64,000 nucleotides of DNA from an uncultured Gemmatimonadales bacterium (GTDB lineage Bacteria; Gemmatimonadota; Gemmatimonadetes; Longimicrobiales; RSA9). This document shows positions 32,300-40,990 of this stretch, piece after piece. The stretch covers positions 4,544,001 through 4,608,000 of the forward strand of contig OY970192.1 in NCBI GenBank assembly GCA_963708135.1, given 5' to 3'. Numbering within the stretch: position 1 is the stretch's first letter; every line of letters begins with the position of its first letter. Made by a program: the position numbers and the translations under genes. The notes under the pieces were generated by a model, which was not told the origin of the DNA, made no database searches, and saw only the letters and a list, made by a program, of their open reading frames with translations.

Positions 32300-33772
32300 T
32301 CAGACCGCGCCGGGCGCCGCCTCCAGCGCCGCCTCCTTGCTGGCGCGCGTGCGCGCGGCCGAGCGCTGACCGTAGGCGAAGTAGATCACCAGCCCGATGA
32401 CCAGCCAGATGAGCAGCCGCATCCACGTCTCGAGCGGCAGGCTGTACATGAGATAGAAGCAGGCCGCGGCGCCGAGTATCGGCGTCACCGGGACCCAGGG
32501 CGTGCGGAACGGGCGCTCCACGTCGGGCATCTTGTAGCGCATGACGAGCACGCCGAGGCAGACGATCACGAACGCGAGCAGGGTGCCGATGGAGACGAGC
32601 TCCCCTAGCACGCTGATCGGCGTGAGCCCCGCCACGATCGCCACGACGATCCCCGTCATGGCCGTCGTGATGTAGGGGGTCTTGAAGCGCGGGTGCACCT
32701 TGCCGAACACGGCCGGAAGCAGACCGTCGCGGCTCATCGTGAAGAAGATCCGTGGTTGCGCGAGCAGCATCACCAGGATCACGCTCGAGAGCCCCGCGAT
32801 CGCGCCCAGCTTGACCACCCAGCCGAGCCACGCCAGACCCGTGGCATCCACACCCACCGCGATCGGGTCCGCTACGTTCAGCGTCTTGTAGGACACGATC
32901 CCGTTCAGGACCAGCGACACGGCGATGTAGAGCACCGTGCAGATCGCCAGCGAGGCCAGGATCCCGATCGGCATGTCGCGTTGGGGGTTCCTGGATTCCT
33001 GCGCCGCGGTCGAGACCGCGTCGAATCCGATGTAGGCGAAGAAGATCACCCCGGCGCCGCGCACGATCCCGCTGAAGCCGTACTGGCCGTAGGTCCCGGT
33101 ATTCGGCGGGATGAAGGGGTGCAGGTTGACCCCCTTCACGAACTGGATCCCGAACGCGATGAAGAGGAGGATGACGAGCAGCTTGATGATCACGATGGTT
33201 GCGTTCGCCCCCGCGGACTCCTTGATGCCGACGATCAGCAGGGCGGAGACGGCAAGGACGATCACGAAGGCCGGCAGGTTGAACATGCCGTGGACGGCCG
33301 TCCCATCCGCGAGCGTGGTGGACGTCCCGAAGGCCGTGGTCCACGCGGGCGAGAGGTTGATGCCGAGGTCGCGCAGCAGGCTGACCACGTAGCCGGACCA
33401 GCCGACCGCCACGGTCGAGGCGCCGAGCGAGTATTCGAGGATGAGGTCCCAGCCGATGATCCAGGCGAGGAACTCGCCGAGTGTGGCGTACGCGTAGGTG
33501 TAGGCGCTGCCCGCCACCGGGATCATGCTGGCGAACTCGGCGTAGCACAGGCCCGCGAACCCGCACGCGATCCCCGCCAGGATGAACGAGATCACGATCG
33601 CCGGCCCCGCGTACTGCGCGGCCGCCTGGCCCGTGAGCACGAAGATGCCCGCGCCGATGATGGCGCCGACCCCGAGGGTTGTCAGGTTCAGCGGACCGAG
33701 CACACGCAGCAGAGTCCCGGACTCCGCCTCCGCGTGCAGCTGGGCCAGGCTCTTCCTAGCGAACAGGCTCAT
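32300..33772 (-). CDS. APC-family amino acid permease
   Basis: GAIIGAGIFV, CYAEFASMIPVAGSAYTY, FFAYIGFD. Confidence 0.93.
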   Translation of the reverse strand: MSLFARKSLAQLHAEAESGTLLRVLGPLNLTTLGVGAIIGAGIFVLTGQAAAQYAGPAIVISFILAGIACGFAGLCYAEFASMIPVAGSAYTYAYATLGEFLAWIIGWDLILEYSLGASTVAVGWSGYVVSLLRDLGINLSPAWTTAFGTSTTLADGTAVHGMFNLPAFVIVLAVSALLIVGIKESAGANATIVIIKLLVILLFIAFGIQFVKGVNLHPFIPPNTGTYGQYGFSGIVRGAGVIFFAYIGFDAVSTAAQESRNPQRDMPIGILASLAICTVLYIAVSLVLNGIVSYKTLNVADPIAVGVDATGLAWLGWVVKLGAIAGLSSVILVMLLAQPRIFFTMSRDGLLPAVFGKVHPRFKTPYITTAMTGIVVAIVAGLTPISVLGELVSIGTLLAFVIVCLGVLVMRYKMPDVERPFRTPWVPVTPILGAAACFYLMYSLPLETWMRLLIWLVIGLVIYFAYGQRSAARTRASKEAALEAAPGAV

Positions 33773-33984
33773 GGTTCCTCCGTGCGGTGAGGGGCCGTCC
33801 TCGGGCGGCTGCCTGCAGGCGCGTGCGTCCTGGTGCGCCTCTGCGATCTGTGGCGGCGGCGGGAGCACCCCGCGATGCGAATCGGCTGGCTAGGGCTGGA
33901 AAGCGCGTAAGATCGCTCGACGAAAGATGATTCGCAAGCCCGCGGGCGGGCGCCGCGGAGCGGGCGCGCGTCGGGACCCCGGCG

Positions 33985-35889
33985 CTAGAGCTCGATGTGG
34001 GCCCCGAGCTCGACCACCCGGTTCGGCGGCACGCGGAAGAACGCCGTGGCGCTGCGGGCGTTGCGGGACATGAACGCGAACAGCTTCTTGCGCCAGGGCG
34101 GCATGCCCGGTCGCTTGGTGGTGATCAGCGTCTCCCGCCCGAGGTAGAAGGTCGTCGTCCCCAGCTTGTAGTTGATGCCCCGGCTGCTGGCCGCCTCGAG
34201 CACCTCGGGCACGCTCGGGTCCTCCATGAAGCCGTAGCGCGCGATGATGCGGAAGATCCCTTCGCCGAGCGGCTCCACCTCCAGCCACTCGTCCTCCGGC
34301 ACGACGGGGATCTCCTCCGTCAGCACGGAAACGAGGGCGACCTGCTCGTGCAGCACCTTGTTGTGCTTGAGATGGTGCAGGAGCACGGGCGGGACGCCCT
34401 CGGCGTTGCGGGTCATGAAGACGGCGAGCCCCGGCACGCGGACCGGATGGGTGACGGCGATGTCGCGCAGGAACAGCTCGAAGGGGAGCGAGCGCATCCC
34501 GAAGCTCTCCGCCAGCAGCGCGCGTCCGCGCTTCCAGGTGGCGAGCAGCGTGTAGATGATCACGCCGACCAGGAGCGGGAACCAGCCGCCCTGCTCGACC
34601 TTGATGATGTTCGCACCGAAGAACGAGAGATCGATCGTGATGAAGAAGATCGTGAAGGCGATCGACGCCAGCAGCTTCCAGTGCCACATCTGCTGCTCGA
34701 TCACGAACAGCAGCACGGTCGTGATCACCATCGTGGTCGTCACCGCCACGCCGTACGCGGCGGCGAGATTGCTCGACGAGCGGAACCCGAGCACGAGCCC
34801 GATCGTGGCGATCATGAGCACCCAGTTGATGCCGGGAATGTAGATCTGCCCGATCTCCTGCTCGGAGGTGTGGTCGATCTCCATGCGCGGGCTGTAGCCG
34901 AGCTGTACCGCCTGACGCGTGAGGGAGAACGCGCCCGAGATCACCGCCTGCGAGGCAATGACCGCCGCCGTCGTCGCGAGCACCACGAGCGGCAGCCGGG
35001 ACCACGCCGGCGCCATGCGGAAGAACGGATTGACCGCGGCGCTCGGATCCGTGAGGAGCAGCGCGCCCTGGCCGAAGTAGTTGAGCAGAAGGCCCGGCAG
35101 CACGACGGCGAACCAGGTCATCCGGATCGGCCGTTTCCCGAAGTGACCCATGTCCGCGTACAGCGCCTCACCGCCCGTGACCACCAGGAACACATCCCCG
35201 AGCACCAGGAAGCCGTGGATCCGCTCGCGCAGGAAGAAGTTCACCGCGTGCCACGGATTGACCGCCCGGAACACGCCCGGGTGGACCAGGATCTTCGAGA
35301 CTCCGAGCACCGCGATGACGACGAACCAGACCATCATGATCGGGCCGAAGACGGCCCCGATGCCCGCGGTGCCCCGCTTCTGAAAGAAGAAGAGCAGGAT
35401 CAGGATCACGATCGTGATCGGCACGACGAACGGATCGAAGAGCGGCGTGGCGACCTTGAGGCCTTCCACAGCGCCCAGCACCGAGATGGCCGGGGTGATC
35501 ATGCCGTCCCCGTACAGCAGCGCCGCGCCGAAGAGGCCGAGCGTCACGAGGAACCAGCGGCCCGCCCGGCCGCGCTTGCCGCCGCTCGGGCGGATCAGCG
35601 CCATGAGCGCGAGGATCCCACCCTCCCCGCGGTTGTCCGCCCGCATGACGAAGGTCAGGTACTTGATCGAGATGATGATGATGAGCGACCAGAAGACGAG
35701 CGACAGGATGCCGAGGACGTTGGCGGGTGTGGTCGGCACTGCGTGGGGGCCGCTGAAGCACTCCCGCACCGCGTACAGCGGGCTCGTCCCAATGTCACCG
35801 TAAACGACTCCCAGCGCGCCGAGGGCCAGGAATGCCAGATACCTCCCCCTCGGATCCGTTCCGGGCTCGTGCGAGTCCGATCCCTTCAA
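33985..35889 (-). CDS. kup: KUP/HAK/KT potassium transporter
   Basis: GVVYGDIGTSPLY, ADNRGEGG, TGGEALYADMGHFG; TTG start after GGAG inferred. Confidence 0.95.
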   Translation of the reverse strand: MKGSDSHEPGTDPRGRYLAFLALGALGVVYGDIGTSPLYAVRECFSGPHAVPTTPANVLGILSLVFWSLIIIISIKYLTFVMRADNRGEGGILALMALIRPSGGKRGRAGRWFLVTLGLFGAALLYGDGMITPAISVLGAVEGLKVATPLFDPFVVPITIVILILLFFFQKRGTAGIGAVFGPIMMVWFVVIAVLGVSKILVHPGVFRAVNPWHAVNFFLRERIHGFLVLGDVFLVVTGGEALYADMGHFGKRPIRMTWFAVVLPGLLLNYFGQGALLLTDPSAAVNPFFRMAPAWSRLPLVVLATTAAVIASQAVISGAFSLTRQAVQLGYSPRMEIDHTSEQEIGQIYIPGINWVLMIATIGLVLGFRSSSNLAAAYGVAVTTTMVITTVLLFVIEQQMWHWKLLASIAFTIFFITIDLSFFGANIIKVEQGGWFPLLVGVIIYTLLATWKRGRALLAESFGMRSLPFELFLRDIAVTHPVRVPGLAVFMTRNAEGVPPVLLHHLKHNKVLHEQVALVSVLTEEIPVVPEDEWLEVEPLGEGIFRIIARYGFMEDPSVPEVLEAASSRGINYKLGTTTFYLGRETLITTKRPGMPPWRKKLFAFMSRNARSATAFFRVPPNRVVELGAHIEL

Positions 35890-36052
35890 TGCCCTCTCCG
35901 GTCTCCGGCGCAACCGGCCGCGCCGCGTTGCCTGTCGGTGGCCGGCCCGCGCCGGGCTGCGAGAAACACGCCGCCGGGGCGGGGGCCCCGGCGGCGGAAC
36001 ATGAGTAACCCAAGCCTACGGCTCGCGCCAGGGGTGCGGTCGGGGGGTGGGC

Positions 36053-36889
36053 TCAGAACGTGAAGGTGACGTCGTAGGTGATCGCCATCGGCTGGTTGCG
36101 CGCGTCGCGCGCGGGCCGGAAGCGCCAGCCGAGGGCCGTGCGGCGCAGCGCCTTGTCGTAGTCGTGGTCCCCCGTGGGCGGGACCAGTTCCACGTCCCGG
36201 ACGCTACCGGCGGCGTCGATCGCGAGCCGCACGACCACCGTCTTGCCGCGAACGTTGCCGGGCGCAGGCGTAGGGGGCAGCAGCAGGAACTCGGGGGAGG
36301 GGGCCAGCACGTGCCCCTTGCCGGTGCCGGGGCCGACCCCGGATCCGACGCCGCCCCCCTCTCCGCCGCCCGTGCCGCCGCCGGACCCCGGGCCGGTCCC
36401 CGGCCCCGTTCCGCTCCCGGATCCCGTCCCGCCACCGTCCGCCAGCGCCGCGACGCGCAGGGGCGCGGAGACCGCCGACACCGCCGGGGCGAGCGGCGCC
36501 AGCCGCGGCACCGGGATCTCCGGCGTGGGAATGGGCTTCGGCTGCGGTGGAGGGACCGGCTCCGGCTCCGGCGGCGTCTCGGCTGCGGGCGCCGCCGACG
36601 GCGCGGCTTCGGGACGTACGTAGGTGATCCGCTCGCCGCCGCCCCCCCCGCCGCCTGCCGCGCCCGCACCGATCCCGTCGCCAACGCCCATGTCAACGGG
36701 AACGACCGCCAGGTGAGGGTGCGTGCCGGCCCAGAGGAGCAGCGCGAGAATGAGGATGTGCAGGGCCAGCGAGCCGGCGAGGCCGATTCGCTCCTCGCTG
36801 CCCCCGCTCTCGGGGCGGCTGTCGAACAGGTGTCCGAGCAGCCGGTCCGCTCCTTCGGCGCCAGACACGCCGTGCCGGTCCGCACGCAT
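36053..36889 (-). CDS. TonB-family energy transducer (Gly/Pro-rich)
   Basis: SLALH TM motif, Pro/Gly-rich linker, C-terminal WRFRPA fold motif. Confidence 0.75.
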   Translation of the reverse strand: MRADRHGVSGAEGADRLLGHLFDSRPESGGSEERIGLAGSLALHILILALLLWAGTHPHLAVVPVDMGVGDGIGAGAAGGGGGGGERITYVRPEAAPSAAPAAETPPEPEPVPPPQPKPIPTPEIPVPRLAPLAPAVSAVSAPLRVAALADGGGTGSGSGTGPGTGPGSGGGTGGGEGGGVGSGVGPGTGKGHVLAPSPEFLLLPPTPAPGNVRGKTVVVRLAIDAAGSVRDVELVPPTGDHDYDKALRRTALGWRFRPARDARNQPMAITYDVTFTF

Positions 36890-37086
36890 CCTGGATTTCT
36901 ACCGTATTCGGGGGCGGGAGGTCCATGCGGGACCGAGCCGGATACGCTTCGGCGCCCCCGCGGGCGCCGCAGACGGGCGGAAAACGGGGGCGGCCCGGGA
37001 AAGAGTTCCCGGACCGCCAAGGGACCCGCGAACAGGTCCTGCACGTCGGACGGCTGTGGATCGCCGGTGCCGCCCGACTCCCTGGA

Positions 37087-37500
37087 TCAGGCGCCGAGCG
37101 AATCCGGCAGCACCTGACCGATCACCTTCACGCCCGCGCCGCGGGCGGTGTCCATCGCGTGGATGACCTGCTGGTACTGCACGTCCCCGTCCGCCTTGAC
37201 GAAGATCACCTTGTCCGGCCGGCCGGTGTAGACCTCGCGCAGCCTCTTGTCGAGCTGCCCGGGAGGAACCGGCTGGGTGTTGATCTTCATGTTGCCGGCC
37301 GCGTCGATCTCGAGCACGATCTGCGTGCTGTTGGCCGGCGGCGTGTTGGCGTCCACCGGGAGCTGCACGTCGATGCTCTTCTGGAGCAGCGGCTGGGCGA
37401 CCATGAAGATCACCAGCAGCACCAGGAGTACGTCGATCATCGGGGTCATGTTCGGATCGGATACCTCCGAGCGCCCCGTCTTCCCCATGCTGATGCCCAT
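37087..37500 (-). CDS. exbD: ExbD/TolR family protein
   Basis: NMTPMIDVLLVLLVIFMV; VKADGDV. Confidence 0.9.
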   Translation of the reverse strand: MGISMGKTGRSEVSDPNMTPMIDVLLVLLVIFMVAQPLLQKSIDVQLPVDANTPPANSTQIVLEIDAAGNMKINTQPVPPGQLDKRLREVYTGRPDKVIFVKADGDVQYQQVIHAMDTARGAGVKVIGQVLPDSLGA

Positions 37501-37519
37501 GCGGCACCACCTCCTGGCT

Positions 37520-38017
37520 CTAGTTTCCCTTTTCCTCGTCGGCCTTCGTGCCCGGCGTCTGCTCCGTCACCGCGGCCACCACACGCGCCCCGCCCTGCTT
37601 GCCCAGCGCCATCGCCTGCTCCACCTCGGAGAACTTCAGCGACTGGTCGGCCTTCAGGAAGAGCACGTGGTCCTCGGGATGCTTCTGGTACTCCTGCTGC
37701 AGCAGCTGCACCATTGTCTGGTTGCAGCTCGCGCGGCCGGCCGGTGTCTGCCGCTGCGCGGCCGTGCACCCCGCCACGGGCTTCTTGTTCAGGTAGTACG
37801 CGCCGGCCCGGTCGATGCCCAGCTGCGTCCGATCTTCCTTGTCCGGCCGCGTGATCAGGTGCGTCGCGTCCGGAAGCTTCGCGTTGAACCCCGCCATGAG
37901 GGCCGGCGTCACCACCATGAAGATGATCAGCAGGACCAGCATGACGTCGACCATCGGCGTCACGTTGATGTCCGCCATCACGTTGGTGTCGGTGACGTCG
38001 TGCGTTGCCATTGCCAT
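37520..38017 (-). CDS. exbD: ExbD/TolR family protein
   Basis: INVTPMVDVMLVLLIIFMV; LKADQ. Confidence 0.9.
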   Translation of the reverse strand: MAMATHDVTDTNVMADINVTPMVDVMLVLLIIFMVVTPALMAGFNAKLPDATHLITRPDKEDRTQLGIDRAGAYYLNKKPVAGCTAAQRQTPAGRASCNQTMVQLLQQEYQKHPEDHVLFLKADQSLKFSEVEQAMALGKQGGARVVAAVTEQTPGTKADEEKGN

Positions 38018-38039
38018 AGAAGGCCTCCCTCAGGTCAGC

Positions 38040-38804
38040 TCAGGACATGCGGGCGCGAGCCACCGCGGCCGGATCCTGGGCGCCGCCCTCCATGAGCGTC
38101 GTGATCGACTCGCTGGCCTTGCCCGCCTGCTTCTTGAGGCGGACGTCGTAGCGCAGGAGGAAGTCGACGAACTCCTTGGTGGCGTAGGTGATCTCCATCG
38201 ACACGTAGTCGATGCGATTGATGAAGTAGTTGTAGAGCCATACGGCCGGGATGGCGACGAGCAGACCGAAGGCGGTGGTGATCAGCGCCTCGGCGATGCC
38301 GGCCGAGATGGCGGCGAGCCCGCCGCTGCCGGCGGCGGCCATGCCGGTGAAGGCGTTCACCACGCCCATGGTGGTGCCGAGCAGGCCGACGAAGGGGGCG
38401 GTGGCGCCGATGGTGGCCACGACGCCGAGGCCGCGGCGGAACTTGGAGAGCTGCTCGAGCGTGTTGAGCTCGATCATGCGCTGCACGGACGCGATCTCGG
38501 CGGCTGAGAGGTCGTGGTCCTCGGAGTGGAACGTGATGCTCGGGAACACGCGGCGGAAGACGACCGCGAGGTGGCTCTTCTGGTTGGACTCGACCAGGCG
38601 CTCGGCCTCGTCGAAGTCCTCGTTGGTCAGCGCTTCCGAGAACGGGCCGGAGAAGCGGAGCGTGGCCTTCCTGGAGCGCGACAGCAGAATGAGCTTCCGG
38701 ATCGTGACCGTGGCCACCATGATCGACATGAACAGCAGCACGAACACGATCCCCTTGGCGAACCACCCCATGGTTCCCCAGAGCTCGATCAGCGAAATAC
38801 CCAT
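38040..38804 (-). CDS. exbB: MotA/TolQ/ExbB proton channel
   Basis: APFVGLLGTTMG, GIAEALITTAFGLLVAIPA. Confidence 0.92.
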   Translation of the reverse strand: MGISLIELWGTMGWFAKGIVFVLLFMSIMVATVTIRKLILLSRSRKATLRFSGPFSEALTNEDFDEAERLVESNQKSHLAVVFRRVFPSITFHSEDHDLSAAEIASVQRMIELNTLEQLSKFRRGLGVVATIGATAPFVGLLGTTMGVVNAFTGMAAAGSGGLAAISAGIAEALITTAFGLLVAIPAVWLYNYFINRIDYVSMEITYATKEFVDFLLRYDVRLKKQAGKASESITTLMEGGAQDPAAVARARMS

Positions 38805-38924
38805 TGCGGTTCCCTTTCCGAGTTGCGATGCGGCACCCCGCCCGGCGTGCGGAGCCCTTGGTTAACGTTCGCCCCGGCCTCGCGCGAAACCTCCCGCGCG
38901 AGGCCGGAGCCAACAGCACGACGA

Positions 38925-39707
38925 CTACTGCGACGACTTGAACACGATCGGCATCGCGACCCAGACCCTGACCTTCTGGTCCCGGTTCAGCGCCGGCGTG
39001 AACTCCATGATGTCCGCCACCTTCAGCGCGGCGGCGTCCAGTGCTTCATGGCCGCTCGACGTCTTGACTTGCGTCTTGACGACCCTGCCGCCCTCGTCGA
39101 TGAAGAACCAGACGAGTACCGTGCCGCCGACGCCCGCGTCGCGCAGCAGCGGCGGATAGTTGCGGACCAGCGAGCGCTGAACCTCCGACGGGTTCTTCAG
39201 GTGCGGGCTGACGGTGTACGGCGTGAACGTCGGTGCCGCTTCCACGTTCTCGGCGGTCACGACCTTGCCCGTGGACTTGCCGCCCTCCACGCCCTCGCCC
39301 GTGAAGTCCGCCTCGTTGATGGTCGGACCCGCAGTCGGCGGCGGGATGTCCGGCGGCACGATCTTCGGGGGCGCCAGCGTCTGGAAGCCCTTGGGTACGT
39401 CCACCACCTTGGGCGGCGGGGTGTTCTTGGCCGGCGGTGGCGGCGGCGGGGGGGGCGGCGGCGGCGGCGGCGCCTCCTCGACCTTGATGAGCGTCACGGC
39501 ATCGGGGTCGTGCGTGACCTCCTTGCCGACCGCCATCGTCGCCCACGCCAGGACGCCGATGAGCGCGGCGTGGAACGCGACCGACGTGAAGGTCGCCGCG
39601 AGCCCGCCCTTCTCCTTGGCCGGCTTGCTCGAGAGCAGATGTCCGAACATCTGCTCCTCGTGCGGTGGTGTGCGGACCGGCTGATCCGGCGCCGACTCGT
39701 TCGCCAT
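38925..39707 (-). CDS. tonB: Energy transducer TonB
   Basis: SVAFH TM motif, poly-Pro linker, YPPLLRDAGVGGTV...SSGHEALDAAAL. Confidence 0.9.
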   Translation of the reverse strand: MANESAPDQPVRTPPHEEQMFGHLLSSKPAKEKGGLAATFTSVAFHAALIGVLAWATMAVGKEVTHDPDAVTLIKVEEAPPPPPPPPPPPPPAKNTPPPKVVDVPKGFQTLAPPKIVPPDIPPPTAGPTINEADFTGEGVEGGKSTGKVVTAENVEAAPTFTPYTVSPHLKNPSEVQRSLVRNYPPLLRDAGVGGTVLVWFFIDEGGRVVKTQVKTSSGHEALDAAALKVADIMEFTPALNRDQKVRVWVAMPIVFKSSQ

Positions 39708-39852
39708 AGCTCTCCTACCTGATTTGGGGTTGCCCCGGATGCAAACGCCGAACCGGCGGCCCCGGCCGCCCATGGGCCGGGAACATGTTGCCGCTCAGTC
39801 ATTTGCGGCCGCGCTGCTCGGTCTACTACCCCCGGCGCGCGAAACGTTTCAC

Positions 39853-40005
39853 CTAGGCCCGCGTCCGGCTCCCCCGCCAGACGAGGTAGAGGGACACGGC
39901 CAGGAATATGTAGATGAAAATCGAAGCGGCATCGTGCGGGATGCCGCCGATGAACCGATCAAAGCCGGAGCTTGTGGCCTGCAGAACTGCAGCGAGGACG
40001 AACAT
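39853..40005 (-). CDS. Small (50 aa) single-pass membrane protein
   Basis: MFVLAAVLQ...SIFIYIFLAVSLYLVWRGSRTRA: one hydrophobic helix plus basic tail, downstream of a promoter. Confidence 0.5.
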   Translation of the reverse strand: MFVLAAVLQATSSGFDRFIGGIPHDAASIFIYIFLAVSLYLVWRGSRTRA

Positions 40006-40085
40006 TCCAGCGTCCCCCGGTCTCGGCAAGAGAAAAGCGCGACGCGACCCGCCAGCGTCGCGTCCCGGGCTAGTGCCCGGCCAAC

Positions 40086-40107
40086 AAAAAGGAGGCGAAT
40101 GCCTCCT
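40086..40107 (-). terminator. Terminator-like hairpin just downstream of the promoter
   Basis: AGGAGGC-attc-GCCTCCT followed by TTTTGTT on the minus strand. Confidence 0.55.
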
Positions 40108-40133
40108 GCATCGAACGACACGGGATTCGAGCA

Positions 40134-40162
40134 AATGTAGCGGCCCGTGCGGGGAGCGTCAA
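40134..40162 (-). promoter_or_regulatory. Putative sigma70 promoter facing the tonB operon
   Basis: TTGACG-17 bp-TACATT on the minus strand. Confidence 0.65.
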
Positions 40163-40383
40163 GAGGTGGCGGGGGTTGTGGCGGGGGTCCGTGTTCGGGG
40201 CGGTGGACTGGGTGCGGGGTTGCGTTGGAAGGGGGCGCCCCCCATCTTGCCGCCGCTCGCGGACAGGCAGTCGGCTCCCGGGGCATCCAGGGACGGGTGC
40301 CGTGCCCCTTTTTTTGGCCTGGTTCGGGGTGCGGGGCGGCTCGGAGAGGGCCACAGGATGAGTTCACACACCGCAGGGACCCG

Positions 40384-40908
40384 ATGGTGAGATCGAGGTG
40401 GATGTTGCTCGCGCTCGCCGGCGCGCTCGCGCTGGCGGGCACCGGGGTGGTCGCGGCGTTCGGCCCGTTCGGGGGCAGCGGACCGCCACAGCCGATCGCG
40501 TTCCCGCACGATCTGCACGCCGGGACGAACCAGATTCCGTGCATGTACTGCCACTACTCGGCCGACCGGTCGCAGGATGCGGGCCTGCCGGCTGTGGGCA
40601 CGTGCGCCGGCTGCCACATTCCGGGCGGGGTGCCGATGGTGCGGGCGGACCGGCCGGGGGTGAAGCAGCTGATCGAGTACTGGCAGAAGAAGGAGCCGAT
40701 CCCGTGGGTCCGTATCCACAAGCTTCCGGACTACGTCCACTTCCCGCACATGCGGCACGTGAAGGCAGGGCTGCAGTGCCAGCAGTGCCATGGGCCGGTG
40801 CAGAACGAGACGCAGGTCACGCAGTTCGCCTCGTTGCGCATGGGGTGGTGCGTGAGCTGTCACCGCGCGCGGGGCGTGCGGACCGATTGCTTCATCTGCC
40901 ACTACTGA
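40384..40908 (+). CDS. actA: Alternative complex III pentaheme cytochrome c
   Basis: Five CxxCH motifs; PQPIAFPH; WVRIHKLPDYVHFPH; MGWCVSCH. Confidence 0.9.
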   Translation: MVRSRWMLLALAGALALAGTGVVAAFGPFGGSGPPQPIAFPHDLHAGTNQIPCMYCHYSADRSQDAGLPAVGTCAGCHIPGGVPMVRADRPGVKQLIEYWQKKEPIPWVRIHKLPDYVHFPHMRHVKAGLQCQQCHGPVQNETQVTQFASLRMGWCVSCHRARGVRTDCFICHY

Positions 40909-40990
40909 GGATGGGGCGCGTGGCGGGGCGGCCGAGCCGGAGCGACGGGGAGTGGCGGATCGCGCCTTGGCGCCCCGAAGGAGCGAGGTG

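Noticed and set aside
40115..40135. tRNA fragment suggested by TCGAATCCC on the minus strand
   Set aside because: No GGTTC T-arm context, cloverleaf or CCA end.
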